DNA of 64,000 nt, from NCBI GenBank assembly GCA_963804955.1, contig CAWDSQ010000016.1:1-64000 (forward strand), in the 5' to 3' direction. The notes under the pieces were generated by a model. It searched no databases, was not told where the DNA came from, and was given only the letters and a program-made list of their open reading frames with translations. Shown piece after piece: positions 1 to 9,238 of this stretch. Every line of letters starts with the position of its first letter. Position 1 is the stretch's first letter. This DNA comes from an uncultured delta proteobacterium. GTDB lineage: Bacteria > Desulfobacterota > WTBG01 > CAIYCZ01 > CAIRTM01. The translations under genes and the position numbers were made by a program.

Positions 1-91
1 ATGATACACATGCGGCCCCATTTTTTTATGCCCGATATCATGAAACATTTTCCATTACTTTGTAGCCGCATTTTCCCCTTCATGGCGAGTG

Positions 92-185
92 CGTTCGTGG
101 TGAGCCTGAGCGTGACGAAGGTCGACCATGGACGGAACGTCACCCTTTGACCCTTCGTCAAGCTCAGATTCAAGAGCGAGACGGG
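92..185. repeat. Palindromic REP-like intergenic element
   Basis: CTGAGCGTGACGAAGG (106-121) pairs with CCTTCGTCAAGCTCAG (152-167), 15/16 match, inside a longer imperfect hairpin. Confidence 0.55.
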
Positions 186-260
186 TAGGGCTTTAGTTTT
201 CGGAAAAGAGTGTTTATGAGAGGCTATCGAGAAAAATGCCCGAGTTTCTCTTGTGCCGCG

Positions 261-864
261 CTACAGCGTTATCTCGCCCTTTCCCTGCCGCATAATGGCA
301 AACTCGTCGCCCGAAAGATCAACTATCGTCGAGGGCTCGCTTACCAGCACGCCGATATCAAACACCAGGTCGATCTGCCGGCCAAAATGCTCGTCGATGA
401 CATCGCCGGAGTTCAGCACCTTTTCCCGCCACAGCGGAACGCTCGTGTTGATGATGGGGTTGCCGAGCTCCTGCGTGAGCATGCGGCACACATTGCTTTG
501 CGGGCACGCGGATGCCGATCTGCTTGCGCTTGTAGAGCATGTAGCGGTTCACCTCTTTCATGGCGGGCAGGATAAAGGTGAAAGGCCCGGGCAGGCATTT
601 GTTCATGATGCGGTAGGCGCGGTTGCCGACCTGGGCATACTGCGACACTTTGCTCAGATCGGGCGAGATGAAGCTCAGCGGGCTTTTCTCGTCCATGCCC
701 TTGATGCGGTACAGCTTTTCAAGGGCCCGCTTATTGTGCAGGTCGCAGCCTAAGCCGTAGATGGTATCGGTCGGGTAGACGATGAGCCCGCCGTCGCGCA
801 GCACCTCGACGGCTGTGCGGATGGCGCGCGGCTGCGGATTCTGTTCATAGGTTTGAATGATCAT
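261..864 (-). CDS. Sua5/YciO/YrdC family threonylcarbamoyl-AMP synthase-like protein (one apparent frameshift near 495)
   Basis: YPTDTIYGLGC, LPGPFTFIL and IGIRVP in ORF 358..993; the C-terminus (TS, PSTIVDL, RQGKG) lies in ORF 261..491. Confidence 0.85.
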
Positions 865-981
865 GACGGGTCTGCAGGCTGTTTTTCTTATCCCCGCAAT
901 GATAGCAGCAGGCAGCAGGTGATGCAAAGAAAAAACAGCCTGTGTGGGGCATGAGCAGGTTGTTGAAAAAGCCAATGAAGG

Positions 982-1107
982 CAGGCTGTTCAAAAATGCT
1001 CAGATGCAAGGCGTGCGAAATCATGAGAAATGAGGCGTACTTTTCGTACGCCGCAGTGAAGCATGATGAGCGCAGGCGCAGCGGATCGAGCGTTTTTCAA
1101 CAGCCTG
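982..1107. mobile_element. MITE-like element with 15-bp terminal inverted repeats
   Basis: CAGGCTGTTCAAAAA (982-996) vs TTTTTCAACAGCCTG (1093-1107), 14/15 match; internal GGCGTAC-tttc-GTACGCC-type hairpin; no ORF. Confidence 0.6.
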
Positions 1108-2208
1108 TTAGAGCCGCGTAAGCGCGCGCGCTATCTCTGCCCGCACCGCAGCTGAAGGGTCGCTCAGATGCTGCTCGAGCGCCTGCTGTGCCTCGGCCGT
1201 GCCTATCCTGCCAAGGGCCCAGGCAGCATGGCTGCGCACGATCTCCTCAGGGTCTGCGGCAAGAGCCTGCCGGAGGTCGGGGATAGAGGCCGGATCGCCA
1301 TAGTTGCCCAGGGCTACGGCGGCATTGCGCTGTATATATTTTTTATCCATGAACATGAAATCAAAAAACGTGTCGCCGAACATCTGCTGGTACCGCTCCT
1401 GCGAAATATTCACCAGGCCTGCGATATCGGGATAGACAAGCTCTTCAGGGTTGTCAATTGCTGTCTGCACGGCAAGCTTTCTGTTTTTGGGGCACACGTC
1501 AACGCAGATATTGCACTGCGCTATGCAGGTGCCGGCTTTCTCGCGGATATGCTCCGGCAGATCGCCCTTGTTGTTGACCATGTGCAGGGTGATGCATTTC
1601 TCGATGTCGCAGGCATAGGGCGTATCAAGGGCGCCGGTGGGGCAGGCCTTCAATGCACAGGGTGCATGAGCCGCAGGGATCGCCCTGTGGCGTATCAGGC
1701 TCAAGCGGGTGCATCGGTAATGAGCAGCATCATGCCGATAGCGCTCCCGAGCTCCGGCGTCTGAATAATGCCGTTCTTGCCGTAGGCGCCGATGCCGGAG
1801 CGTGCCGCGATGGCCTTCACGGAAATCCCCGTTGCCACCTGCGCTGCGCATAGCCCCGCTCGGCAAGAAAGCCCGTGACAAGCTCTGATTGTGAAGCAAG
1901 ATAGGTAAGGCAGCCCGGGTTGACGTAAAAATTCATGATCTCACCGCGCGGCGGGCTTGCCCGGCAGTTCGGGCCTGCCGAAATGAAAGTTGAACGCCAG
2001 CACGATGAATGCCCGGGCATCGTCAAGAAAATCGCGGGGCTGAAAAACAGGGCTGTCTGCAGAGTACATGGGGGAGTACTTTGCCATAACTGCATGCATC
2101 TGATGAAGCGCCGCCATCTCCTGTTCGGCTAAAATCGTCTACCGGCGCAATGCCCATCAGCACATCGGGGCTGCGTTCTTTCATAAAACTTTTCAGTTCC
2201 TGTTTCAT
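1108..2208 (-). CDS. queG: Epoxyqueuosine reductase QueG-like Fe-S protein (several apparent frameshifts)
   Basis: Reconstructed GIGAYGKN, CGSCTLCI.ACPTGAL, CNICVDVCP, RNAAVALGN and C-terminal HEAT repeats (HAAWALG). Confidence 0.7.
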
Positions 2209-2225
2209 CCTGCAGCCTCCCTGCA

Positions 2226-2878
2226 CTACTTCGTAAGTTTTTTTTCGAATACTTTTCTAAACTTCTCAACCTTGGGCGTTATCACAAACCGGCAGTAGGG
2301 CTGGCCGGCGTTCTGGCGGTAATAGTTCTGGTGGTAGTCCTCGGCCTTATAAAATTTTTTAAAAGGCACGATTTCCGTGACGATGGGGCTGCCCCATATT
2401 TTTGCCGCCGTGAGCTCTTTTTTATACAGTTCGGCTGTCTGCCGCTGCTGGTCGCTGTGATAGAAAACTGCGGAGCGGTACTGCGTGCCGGCATCATTGC
2501 CCTGGCGGTTGAGCGTTGTGGGATCATGGGTTTGCCAGAATACTTCAAGCAGCTCTTTGTAGCTTATCCGTGCCGGGTCAAAGTGTATCTGGCAGACCTC
2601 GGCATGGCCTGTGGCGCCGGAGCAGACCTGTTCATAGGTGGGATTGTCGACCGTTCCGCCCGAATAACCGGACTCGACAGAGGCTACGCCGTTGCAGGCT
2701 TTCAAAAACCGCCTCCACGCACCAGAAGCAGCCCGCGCCAAAGGTGGCGGTTTCAAGCCTGGCGGGCAGATGTCGGGTTTGAGCGATTGTCCGTTGACAT
2801 GGCAGCTGCTCCTCCAGCACCTGCTGCGGCAAAAAACAGCAGAGCGAAAAAAAGTATGATTGGTTGTAATGGTTTCAT
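2226..2878 (-). CDS. msrA: Peptide methionine sulfoxide reductase A with N-terminal signal peptide (2 apparent frameshifts)
   Basis: GAGCFWCVE, GYSGG, GHAEV, HDPTT, GTQYRS, AEDYHQNYY; hydrophobic leader MKPLQPIILFFALLFFAAAG from ATG at 2878. Confidence 0.9.
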
Positions 2879-3008
2879 AAAAAATTCCCACATTAAATTA
2901 TTTCTACTATTTTAATAACATGAAAGTTACTAATAGCAACTAAAGAATTTCCGCCGCCGCTTTATCCAGGAGCCATCAATTCGATTAAAAGCACGCTGTT
3001 AATTTTTG

Positions 3009-3036
3009 TTTACAATAATTATAAAACATATACAAT
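3009..3036 (+). promoter_or_regulatory. Putative sigma70 promoter of mltD-like gene
   Basis: TTTACA-N16-TACAAT in AT-rich divergent intergenic region. Confidence 0.4.
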
Positions 3037-3103
3037 GGGGCAAAACTCTTCGGCAAAAATTCTCTTGCCTCGTTTCTAAAGAATAAACTCTTGGGACAAA
3101 ATC

Positions 3104-4807
3104 ATGCGGAGAATAAAAACATACTCTATTCTTGTACTGTTTTCAGCGCTGCTGTTTTCAGGGTGCGCCAGCAGCACCGGATCAAGCGGGCTGCTGGACG
3201 TGAATGATGCCGACCTGAACGGCTGCTCGAAAAATGGCAAGGATAGAAATCAGGCGCTGCTGGATGCAGCACTCGAAAAATGCGAAAAAGCCAACCGCCT
3301 CTATGAAAAGGGCAAGATCGATGACGCCATAGAAATGCTGGACAAGGCCTATATCATGGTGCTCGAGGTAAACAAAGACGCCGATCAGAGCATTCTGCAG
3401 CAGCGCGAAGACCTGCGCTTTTCCATAACAAAGCAGATCACGAAAATTTACACCTCCCGCTTCAATGTCGCCAATGGCTACAACAAGGCCATTCCGCTTG
3501 TGATGAATGCAGATGTTAAGAAGGCTATTGAAGCATTTCAGGGTTCGCAGCGAAGTTTTTTTATGGATACCTATGCCCGGTCCGGGCAGTACCGGCCCAT
3601 GATGGTAAAAGCGCTCAAGGCAGAAGGTATGCCTGAGGAAATTTCATGGCTGCCGTTTATCGAAAGCGGCTATAAGCTGCGGGCGCTATCCTGCGCGCGG
3701 GCTTTGGGCATGTGGCAGTTCATAGCTTCCACGGGCTATAAGTTCGGCCTGGAGCGCAATGAATGGATCGATGAGCGCATGGACCCGAAAAAGTCAACCA
3801 AAGCCGCCATTGCCTACCTTAAGGAACTGCATGGCATGTTCGGCGACTGGTCAACGGCGCTTGCCGCCTATAACTGCGGCGAAGGCACTGTGCTCAGGGT
3901 CATACGGACGCAGAATGTCAATTATCTTGATAATTTCTGGGACCTCTACCGCCGGCTGCCCCAGGAGACCGCATCCTATTTCCCCCAGTTTCTGGCCGTG
4001 CTGCACATCGTGTCGAACCCCCAGAAATACGGCTTCACGCTGCCGGCCCTGGACAGGGAGCTTACCTATGAAGAGGTGGCCATCGAACGCCAGGTGCATC
4101 TGGATACCATCGCTCAAACCATCGGCGTATCCGTGGACAGCATTAAAGAGCTCAATGCAGACCTGCGCCATGATGTGACCCCGCCTGACCCCTATACGCT
4201 GAAAGTGCCTCATGGCAAAGCCAAAGTTCTGATGGCAAATCTGTCCGATATTCCGCTCTGGGTTCCGTCGAGCCAGACCTATGCTGTGCATAAGGTGCGC
4301 AAGGGCGACAGTGTTTCAACTCTGGCGGTGAAGTACAAGACCTCGGAAAAGGCCATTATGGCCATGAATAAAATTAAGCCCGATAAGCCTCTTGTGGCCG
4401 GCACGCGCGTGAAACTTCCTGCTGCCCGCAGCATTTCATCGCCCGATGTGCAGGAGCCGATACACTCGAAAGTCATCAAAGACAATTTAATCGAATATGT
4501 TGTCAGGCAGGGCGATACGATCTGGACTATTGCCGAGAGGCACAATACCTCGGTCAAGGTTATTCAGTCCCTCAATCAGCTTTCATCAACAAGCCTCATG
4601 ACGGGCCAGGTTCTGCAGATTACCGCAAGCCCCGATACGCTCAAAAAACGCAAAACAGTTACCCACACTGTTCAGAAAGGCGACTTCCCGGGCAAAATCG
4701 CAAAAAAATACAATATGAAACTTGATGAATTGCTCAAGCTCAACAAGCTTACCCAGAGCGCCTCGCTCAAGCCCGGCCAGACCCTGGTGGTGAGGACGAA
4801 ACAGTAA
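3104..4807 (+). CDS. mltD: Membrane-bound lytic murein transglycosylase D-like lipoprotein (SLT + LysM repeats)
   Basis: Lipobox FSGC; IES, GMWQF and AAYNCGE SLT motifs; three clear C-terminal LysM domains. Confidence 0.9.
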   Translation: MRRIKTYSILVLFSALLFSGCASSTGSSGLLDVNDADLNGCSKNGKDRNQALLDAALEKCEKANRLYEKGKIDDAIEMLDKAYIMVLEVNKDADQSILQQREDLRFSITKQITKIYTSRFNVANGYNKAIPLVMNADVKKAIEAFQGSQRSFFMDTYARSGQYRPMMVKALKAEGMPEEISWLPFIESGYKLRALSCARALGMWQFIASTGYKFGLERNEWIDERMDPKKSTKAAIAYLKELHGMFGDWSTALAAYNCGEGTVLRVIRTQNVNYLDNFWDLYRRLPQETASYFPQFLAVLHIVSNPQKYGFTLPALDRELTYEEVAIERQVHLDTIAQTIGVSVDSIKELNADLRHDVTPPDPYTLKVPHGKAKVLMANLSDIPLWVPSSQTYAVHKVRKGDSVSTLAVKYKTSEKAIMAMNKIKPDKPLVAGTRVKLPAARSISSPDVQEPIHSKVIKDNLIEYVVRQGDTIWTIAERHNTSVKVIQSLNQLSSTSLMTGQVLQITASPDTLKKRKTVTHTVQKGDFPGKIAKKYNMKLDELLKLNKLTQSASLKPGQTLVVRTKQ

Positions 4808-4838
4808 TCCCGGCCGCCGGAAGCTCCAGAAGCACACG

Positions 4839-4873
4839 AGGCGTCCTGTTCAGGCAGGACGCCTTAATTTTTT
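4839..4873 (+). terminator. Rho-independent terminator
   Basis: AGGCGTCCTG-ttcagg-CAGGACGCCT followed by a T-rich tract. Confidence 0.7.
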
Positions 4874-5106
4874 CAGATCTTCACATCATCCTTGCGCAGC
4901 CCTGCCGCGCTGCAATCACGGACACAGAGTCCTCCAGCCCCCCTGCTCCGTAAAGCCCCTCCATGCCAGAGGCGGGAGGCAGTACCCCGGCGCACAGCCC
5001 TGAAAACTTGGCCTTGAAAAATATGCCCGCCGTGCTATGATGAAAATCATCGCGCATAGCTCGCGCAACTTACCCCGCTTTTTTATCCAGCACAAAGAAG
5101 GTCGCT

Positions 5107-5637
5107 ATGCTTCCAACATTTGATGAAGTTGTGCGGTTTCATGGCCACATGTGCCCCGGCCTTGCCATTGGCTACCGCATGGCTTGCGCGGCCATGAAAG
5201 TCCTTAACGCCTCCCACTCTGACGATGAGGCGATGGTGGCAATAGTCGAGAACAGCGCCTGCGGGGTCGACGCGCTTCAGTTCGTAACAGGTTGCACCTT
5301 CGGCAAGGGCAATCTTATTTTTCGGGATTACGGGAAGCATGTCTATACCCTGTATTCCCGCACAAACAGCAGGGGCGTGAGGGTGGCATATCATGGGCGG
5401 GGTGTACCCGATGGCCTGCGCGAAGACAAGGTGGCTTTTGCTCAATGGGTTCTTGAGGCCCCCGTTGATGCGCTACTGTCGCTTGAAGAGAAGCTGATGA
5501 AGGAGCCGGAGCCTGCCCAGATTCACCGCTCTATAGCCTGCGCCCAATGCGGGGAAATGGTCATGGAGACCCGGCTCAAACAGGTGGCAGGAAAAGTCAT
5601 CTGTATCCCCTGCGCTGAGCAGTACGGTGCTGCCTGA
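5107..5637 (+). CDS. FmdE family protein with C-terminal CxxC/CxxC zinc finger
   Basis: FHGHMCPG, CGVDALQFVTGCTFGKGN, CAQCGE...CIPC. Confidence 0.88.
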   Translation: MLPTFDEVVRFHGHMCPGLAIGYRMACAAMKVLNASHSDDEAMVAIVENSACGVDALQFVTGCTFGKGNLIFRDYGKHVYTLYSRTNSRGVRVAYHGRGVPDGLREDKVAFAQWVLEAPVDALLSLEEKLMKEPEPAQIHRSIACAQCGEMVMETRLKQVAGKVICIPCAEQYGAA

Positions 5638-5818
5638 TACGCTTTTCCCGCCTGCGGGAGTCATAAAACGCAGGAGTCAAATTTTTTATTCTCTCCGATA
5701 ATTAAAAAAGCCTCGTCATTAAATCAAAAGCCCCACAAAAAAGGTGAAGGGGTTCTTTGATGCAAGCTCGCCATGAAACAGGCTAGCTATCTTTGCGTCA
5801 CCGGCAAAGCCTTTTCTC

Positions 5819-6256
5819 TCATTCCATAATCCAGGCTGTCAGGCTTTTGATGTCCATAGCCCCGGAAAAGCGCTTCGCCTCGCTGCCGCTTTTAAATAAA
5901 ATGATAGTGGGAACGCTGCTGACGCCGCAGGCTGCGGCCAGCTCACATTCCTGCCGGGCATCGATTTTTGCGCAGCAGACAGTCCCGCGCAGCTTTTTTA
6001 GCGAGCCTGTCGATTATAGGGAGTCATCATGGTACAGGGCGTGCAGCCCGGGGCATGAAAATAAACAAGCAGGGGCAGGGCGGCGTCGGTCACAAACCGC
6101 TGCAGCATATCGCTGGTACAGGCAGTGGGATCGCGCAGACAGTATCTGAGCACCGCAGGCGCTGCAGACGATTTTTCCCTGTGCTGGATTGCCCGGTTCG
6201 ATCGTAGTGGGGGCAAGGCAGTCAGGGCAGAAGAATGTTGGAAGTTGCTCGGGCAC
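5819..6256 (-). CDS. Thioredoxin-2 (TrxC)-like protein with Zn finger (2 apparent frameshifts)
   Basis: N-terminal CPDC/CSAC; LVYFHAPGCTPC active site; VSSVPTIILFK cis-Pro motif in a third frame. Confidence 0.75.
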
Positions 6257-6291
6257 AGGCTTGTTTTCTCTGAAGGTACGCGCAGCGGCGC

Positions 6292-6633
6292 TTACGGTTT
6301 TTTCGAGTGCCGGTATTTCACGACCCGCACCTTTTCAAGCGTGATGAGGCCCTCCTCGACCGTTTCGTCGAGAAACGGCAGAAGCAGGTTCAGCTTTTCC
6401 TCGGTGTCCACCAGTTCTATCACCATGGGCAGGTCTTCGGAAAGGCGCAGTATTTTTGCCGTGTGCATGCGGCTGTCGGCGCCGAAGCCCATGACGCCGC
6501 GCGTCACCGTGGCACCTGCAAGATTCAGCTCGCGGGCCTTGAGCACGATCTGTTCATACAGCGGTTTGCCCTGGTTCCTGTCCGACTCGCCGATAAAAAT
6601 GCGAAGCAGCATTCCTTCTTCCGGCAGTTTCAT
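6292..6633 (-). CDS. DUF190 (PII-like) protein
   Basis: LLRIFIGESD, GATVTRGVMGFG, LSEDLP; adjacent to crcB as is typical. Confidence 0.9.
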   Translation of the reverse strand: MKLPEEGMLLRIFIGESDRNQGKPLYEQIVLKARELNLAGATVTRGVMGFGADSRMHTAKILRLSEDLPMVIELVDTEEKLNLLLPFLDETVEEGLITLEKVRVVKYRHSKKP

Positions 6634-6652
6634 AGCGCGCCTTTCTTAGAGT

Positions 6653-6802
6653 AGAATTCAGAAGCCAGAATTCAGTAGTCAGGAGAAAAATAACATATTA
6701 ATTTTTTATTCCGGCCCTGTCCGCAACAGCGGATTAATTATCGTATGTACTCTTTTGTCAATGTTCTAAATTCTGAATTCTGGCTCCTGGATTTTGACTC
6801 CT
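6653..6802. repeat. Two inverted arrays of 7-bp tandem repeats
   Basis: AGAATTC AGAAGCC AGAATTC AGTAGTC AGGAG (6653-6685) and AAATTCT GAATTCT GGCTCCT GGATTTT GACTCCT (6768-6802). Confidence 0.75.
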
Positions 6803-7187
6803 ATTTAAATGCATTCAGCACGACCTGCGCCAGCATAAAGCCGGCCATGATGACTACCATGCCGCAGACATTGTGCAGCAGCATATTGCCGCAGGCAGCC
6901 AGATACTGCCCGTCGCGGCACAGGTTCAGAGTTTCCAGCATATAGCTTGAGAATGTGGTGAATCCGCCCAGCACGCCGATAAAAATAAAGGGCCGCATGT
7001 ATGAGGGAAAGAGCATCTGCTCGAAAAAGCGCCAGAGAAAACCGGCCATAAATGAGCCGGCAAGGTTAACGACAAATGTTCCCCACGGATACGTACTGTT
7101 CACCCAGACATGCACACCTCCTGACAGCACAAACCGCAGCACCGTGCCTATCGCGCCGCCCAGAGCCACATAGAGTACGCGTGTCAT
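6801..7187 (-). CDS. crcB: Fluoride channel Fluc/CrcB
   Basis: GGAIGTVLR, PWGTFVVN, GVLGGFTTFSS motifs; 128 aa, 4 TM. Confidence 0.95.
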   Translation of the reverse strand: MTRVLYVALGGAIGTVLRFVLSGGVHVWVNSTYPWGTFVVNLAGSFMAGFLWRFFEQMLFPSYMRPFIFIGVLGGFTTFSSYMLETLNLCRDGQYLAACGNMLLHNVCGMVVIMAGFMLAQVVLNAFK

Positions 7188-8274
7188 GATGTTGAAGCCT
7201 CCGTTTCAATCTCATTATACAGGGTATCGCGCTGCACCGGTTGCATGCCCGCCTGCCGGATAACTATCCATGAGCTCTGCTTTGGTCAGGCCCTGCGCTG
7301 TATCAGCGCCGGCCGCATGGGTGATACGCTCTTCAACCACGGTGCCGTCCACATCGTCGGCGCCGAACAGCAGCGCCATCTGCGCTATTTTCAGGCCCGT
7401 CATGATCCAGTAGGCCTTGATATGGTCGAAGTTGTCCAGCAACAGCCGCGCTGCGGCAAACAGCCGGAGCTGCTCGAATGCCGTGGGCCTGTTGCGGCCG
7501 GTAAGCCCGGTGTTGGCGGAATGAAACGGCAGGGGAATGAACGTTTGAAAGCCGCCGGTTTCGTCCTGAAGCTCCCGCAGGCTCAGAAGATGATCGGCAA
7601 TCTCTTCATCGGTTTCGATATGGCCCCACAAAAGGGTCGCGTTCGATTTGAGGCCGAGGCCATGGGCCGTTCGCATGATGTCAAGCCACTGCTCGGCCGA
7701 GGCCTTTTTCGGGCAGAGCGCCTCGCGCACGCGGGGGCTCAGCACCTCGGCCCCGCCGCCGGGCAGGGACCCCAGGCCCGCCTCGATAAGCTGCTCAAGC
7801 ACCGCAGTCACGCTCAGGCCTGAAATGTCTGCAAAATACTGAATCTCAACCGGCGTAAAGGCCTTGATATGCACGGCCGGGAACTCCCGCTTCAGGGTGG
7901 CCACCATGTCCCGGTAATAGGCAAAGGGCTTGTCCGGGTGCAGGCCGCTCACCATATGCACCTCGGTAATGCCCAGGGGCAGGGCGGCAGCCACGCGCTC
8001 CACCACATCCTGCACGGTCATGGCATAGGCCTGCGGCGACTCTTTATCGCAGCTGAAAGCGCAGAAGGTGCAGCGCGATACGCAGACATTGGTCAGATTC
8101 ACGTGGCAGTTGACATTAAAAAAGACCTTGTCCGCCGTGCGCCTGCGTTTTTCAGCAGCAGCCATGGCTCCGAGGGCCAGTATGTCCGTGCAGCGCAGCA
8201 GGCACAGAGCATCCTCCCGCGAAAGACGCTCACCGCTGTGCAGTTTGTCGGCAATCACACGTAAGATCAGACAT
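7184..8274 (-). CDS. mqnE: Aminofutalosine synthase MqnE (radical SAM; frameshifts near both ends)
   Basis: NLTNVCVSRCTFCAF, EVHMVSGLHP, LPGGGAEV, FDHIKAYW; corrected C-terminus PVQRDTLYN ends in an ATGA overlap with crcB. Confidence 0.88.
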
Positions 8275-8352
8275 GATTTTTTGAATGTATCATAAATTTT
8301 CGGGGTTCTCTTTCTCAAAAAACAATCGTGAAGCATGCTGCAGAGCAGTTCA

Positions 8353-9156
8353 TCAGGCACAGGCGATCTGCGACGCATACACCATTTTAAAAGGTGACCC
8401 CTTCAGCTCCTTCAGAAACTGCCCAAGCCCCTGAGCTGTTTCCGGCCAGGGATGGCCGATGCCCACGGCGCAGCCATGCTTTAAGGCATGGGCCTTGAGC
8501 TTAACGAGCTGCCCGTAGACAGCGCCGGGGGTGCGGATATTGTCGGTGAATTCATGGGAGCATGCTGCCATCATGTTCATGTCGCGGGCGGTGGCAAAGC
8601 CGACAGAGCGCTCCGAGGTGCAGCTGTCGACAAAGTAAAATTCCCGCTCGAGAAAAAAGGCAAGCGCTTCGCGCATTTTGGACCGCGATTCGGTAAAGCG
8701 CGAGCCCATGTGATTGTTGATGCCTGCGGCATGAGGAAAATTTTCAAAATTTCCCTGCAGAATTTTTTCTATTTCCCGCCTGCTCTGGGAGAGATACAGT
8801 GCCCCGGGACCGGGTTTAAGCGAGCTGTTATGCGGCTCCATGGGCTGATGGAGCATGATCTCATGGCCACGGCTGTGTATCTTTTCAGCCAGGCTGCGCG
8901 AAAACTGCATATGCGGCAGAATAGCATAGGTAAGCGGGGCCCCCAGCTCCAGAAAAGGCCGTACCCGCTCGACATTGAAGCCCACATCATCAAGAATAAA
9001 GGCTATGCCGGGCGCCGCAGCCATGGCGGCTTCCGCATCAAGGGCCCGGGCAAAAGGTTTCAGCAAAAGGCCTGTTCCTGCCCAGGCGCCTGCGGCAAAC
9101 AGCGCCGTGCGTATCAGAAAATCGCGCCGCGAAACGTGGCGGTTTGGTTGTGCCAT
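8353..9156 (-). CDS. Divergent polysaccharide deacetylase (YibQ family) with Tat signal
   Basis: SRRDFL twin-arginine; ILDDVG, LHQPMEP, NNHMGS, FVDS, GIGHP. Confidence 0.9.
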   Translation of the reverse strand: MAQPNRHVSRRDFLIRTALFAAGAWAGTGLLLKPFARALDAEAAMAAAPGIAFILDDVGFNVERVRPFLELGAPLTYAILPHMQFSRSLAEKIHSRGHEIMLHQPMEPHNSSLKPGPGALYLSQSRREIEKILQGNFENFPHAAGINNHMGSRFTESRSKMREALAFFLEREFYFVDSCTSERSVGFATARDMNMMAACSHEFTDNIRTPGAVYGQLVKLKAHALKHGCAVGIGHPWPETAQGLGQFLKELKGSPFKMVYASQIACA

Positions 9157-9238
9157 GAACAAAAAATCTCCGGTTGGGGTGCGCGTATAGGCGCGACGGT
9201 ATCAGCGTCCTTTATATCCAGTATATACACTCTTTTTT

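Noticed and set aside
1108..6256. Selenocysteine TGA readthrough in queG, msrA or the thioredoxin
   Set aside because: Catalytic positions are Cys codons, and the TGA stops arise from frameshifts rather than aligning with Cys positions
6653..6802. CRISPR array
   Set aside because: The repeats are 7-mers without unique spacers, and there are no cas genes in the window
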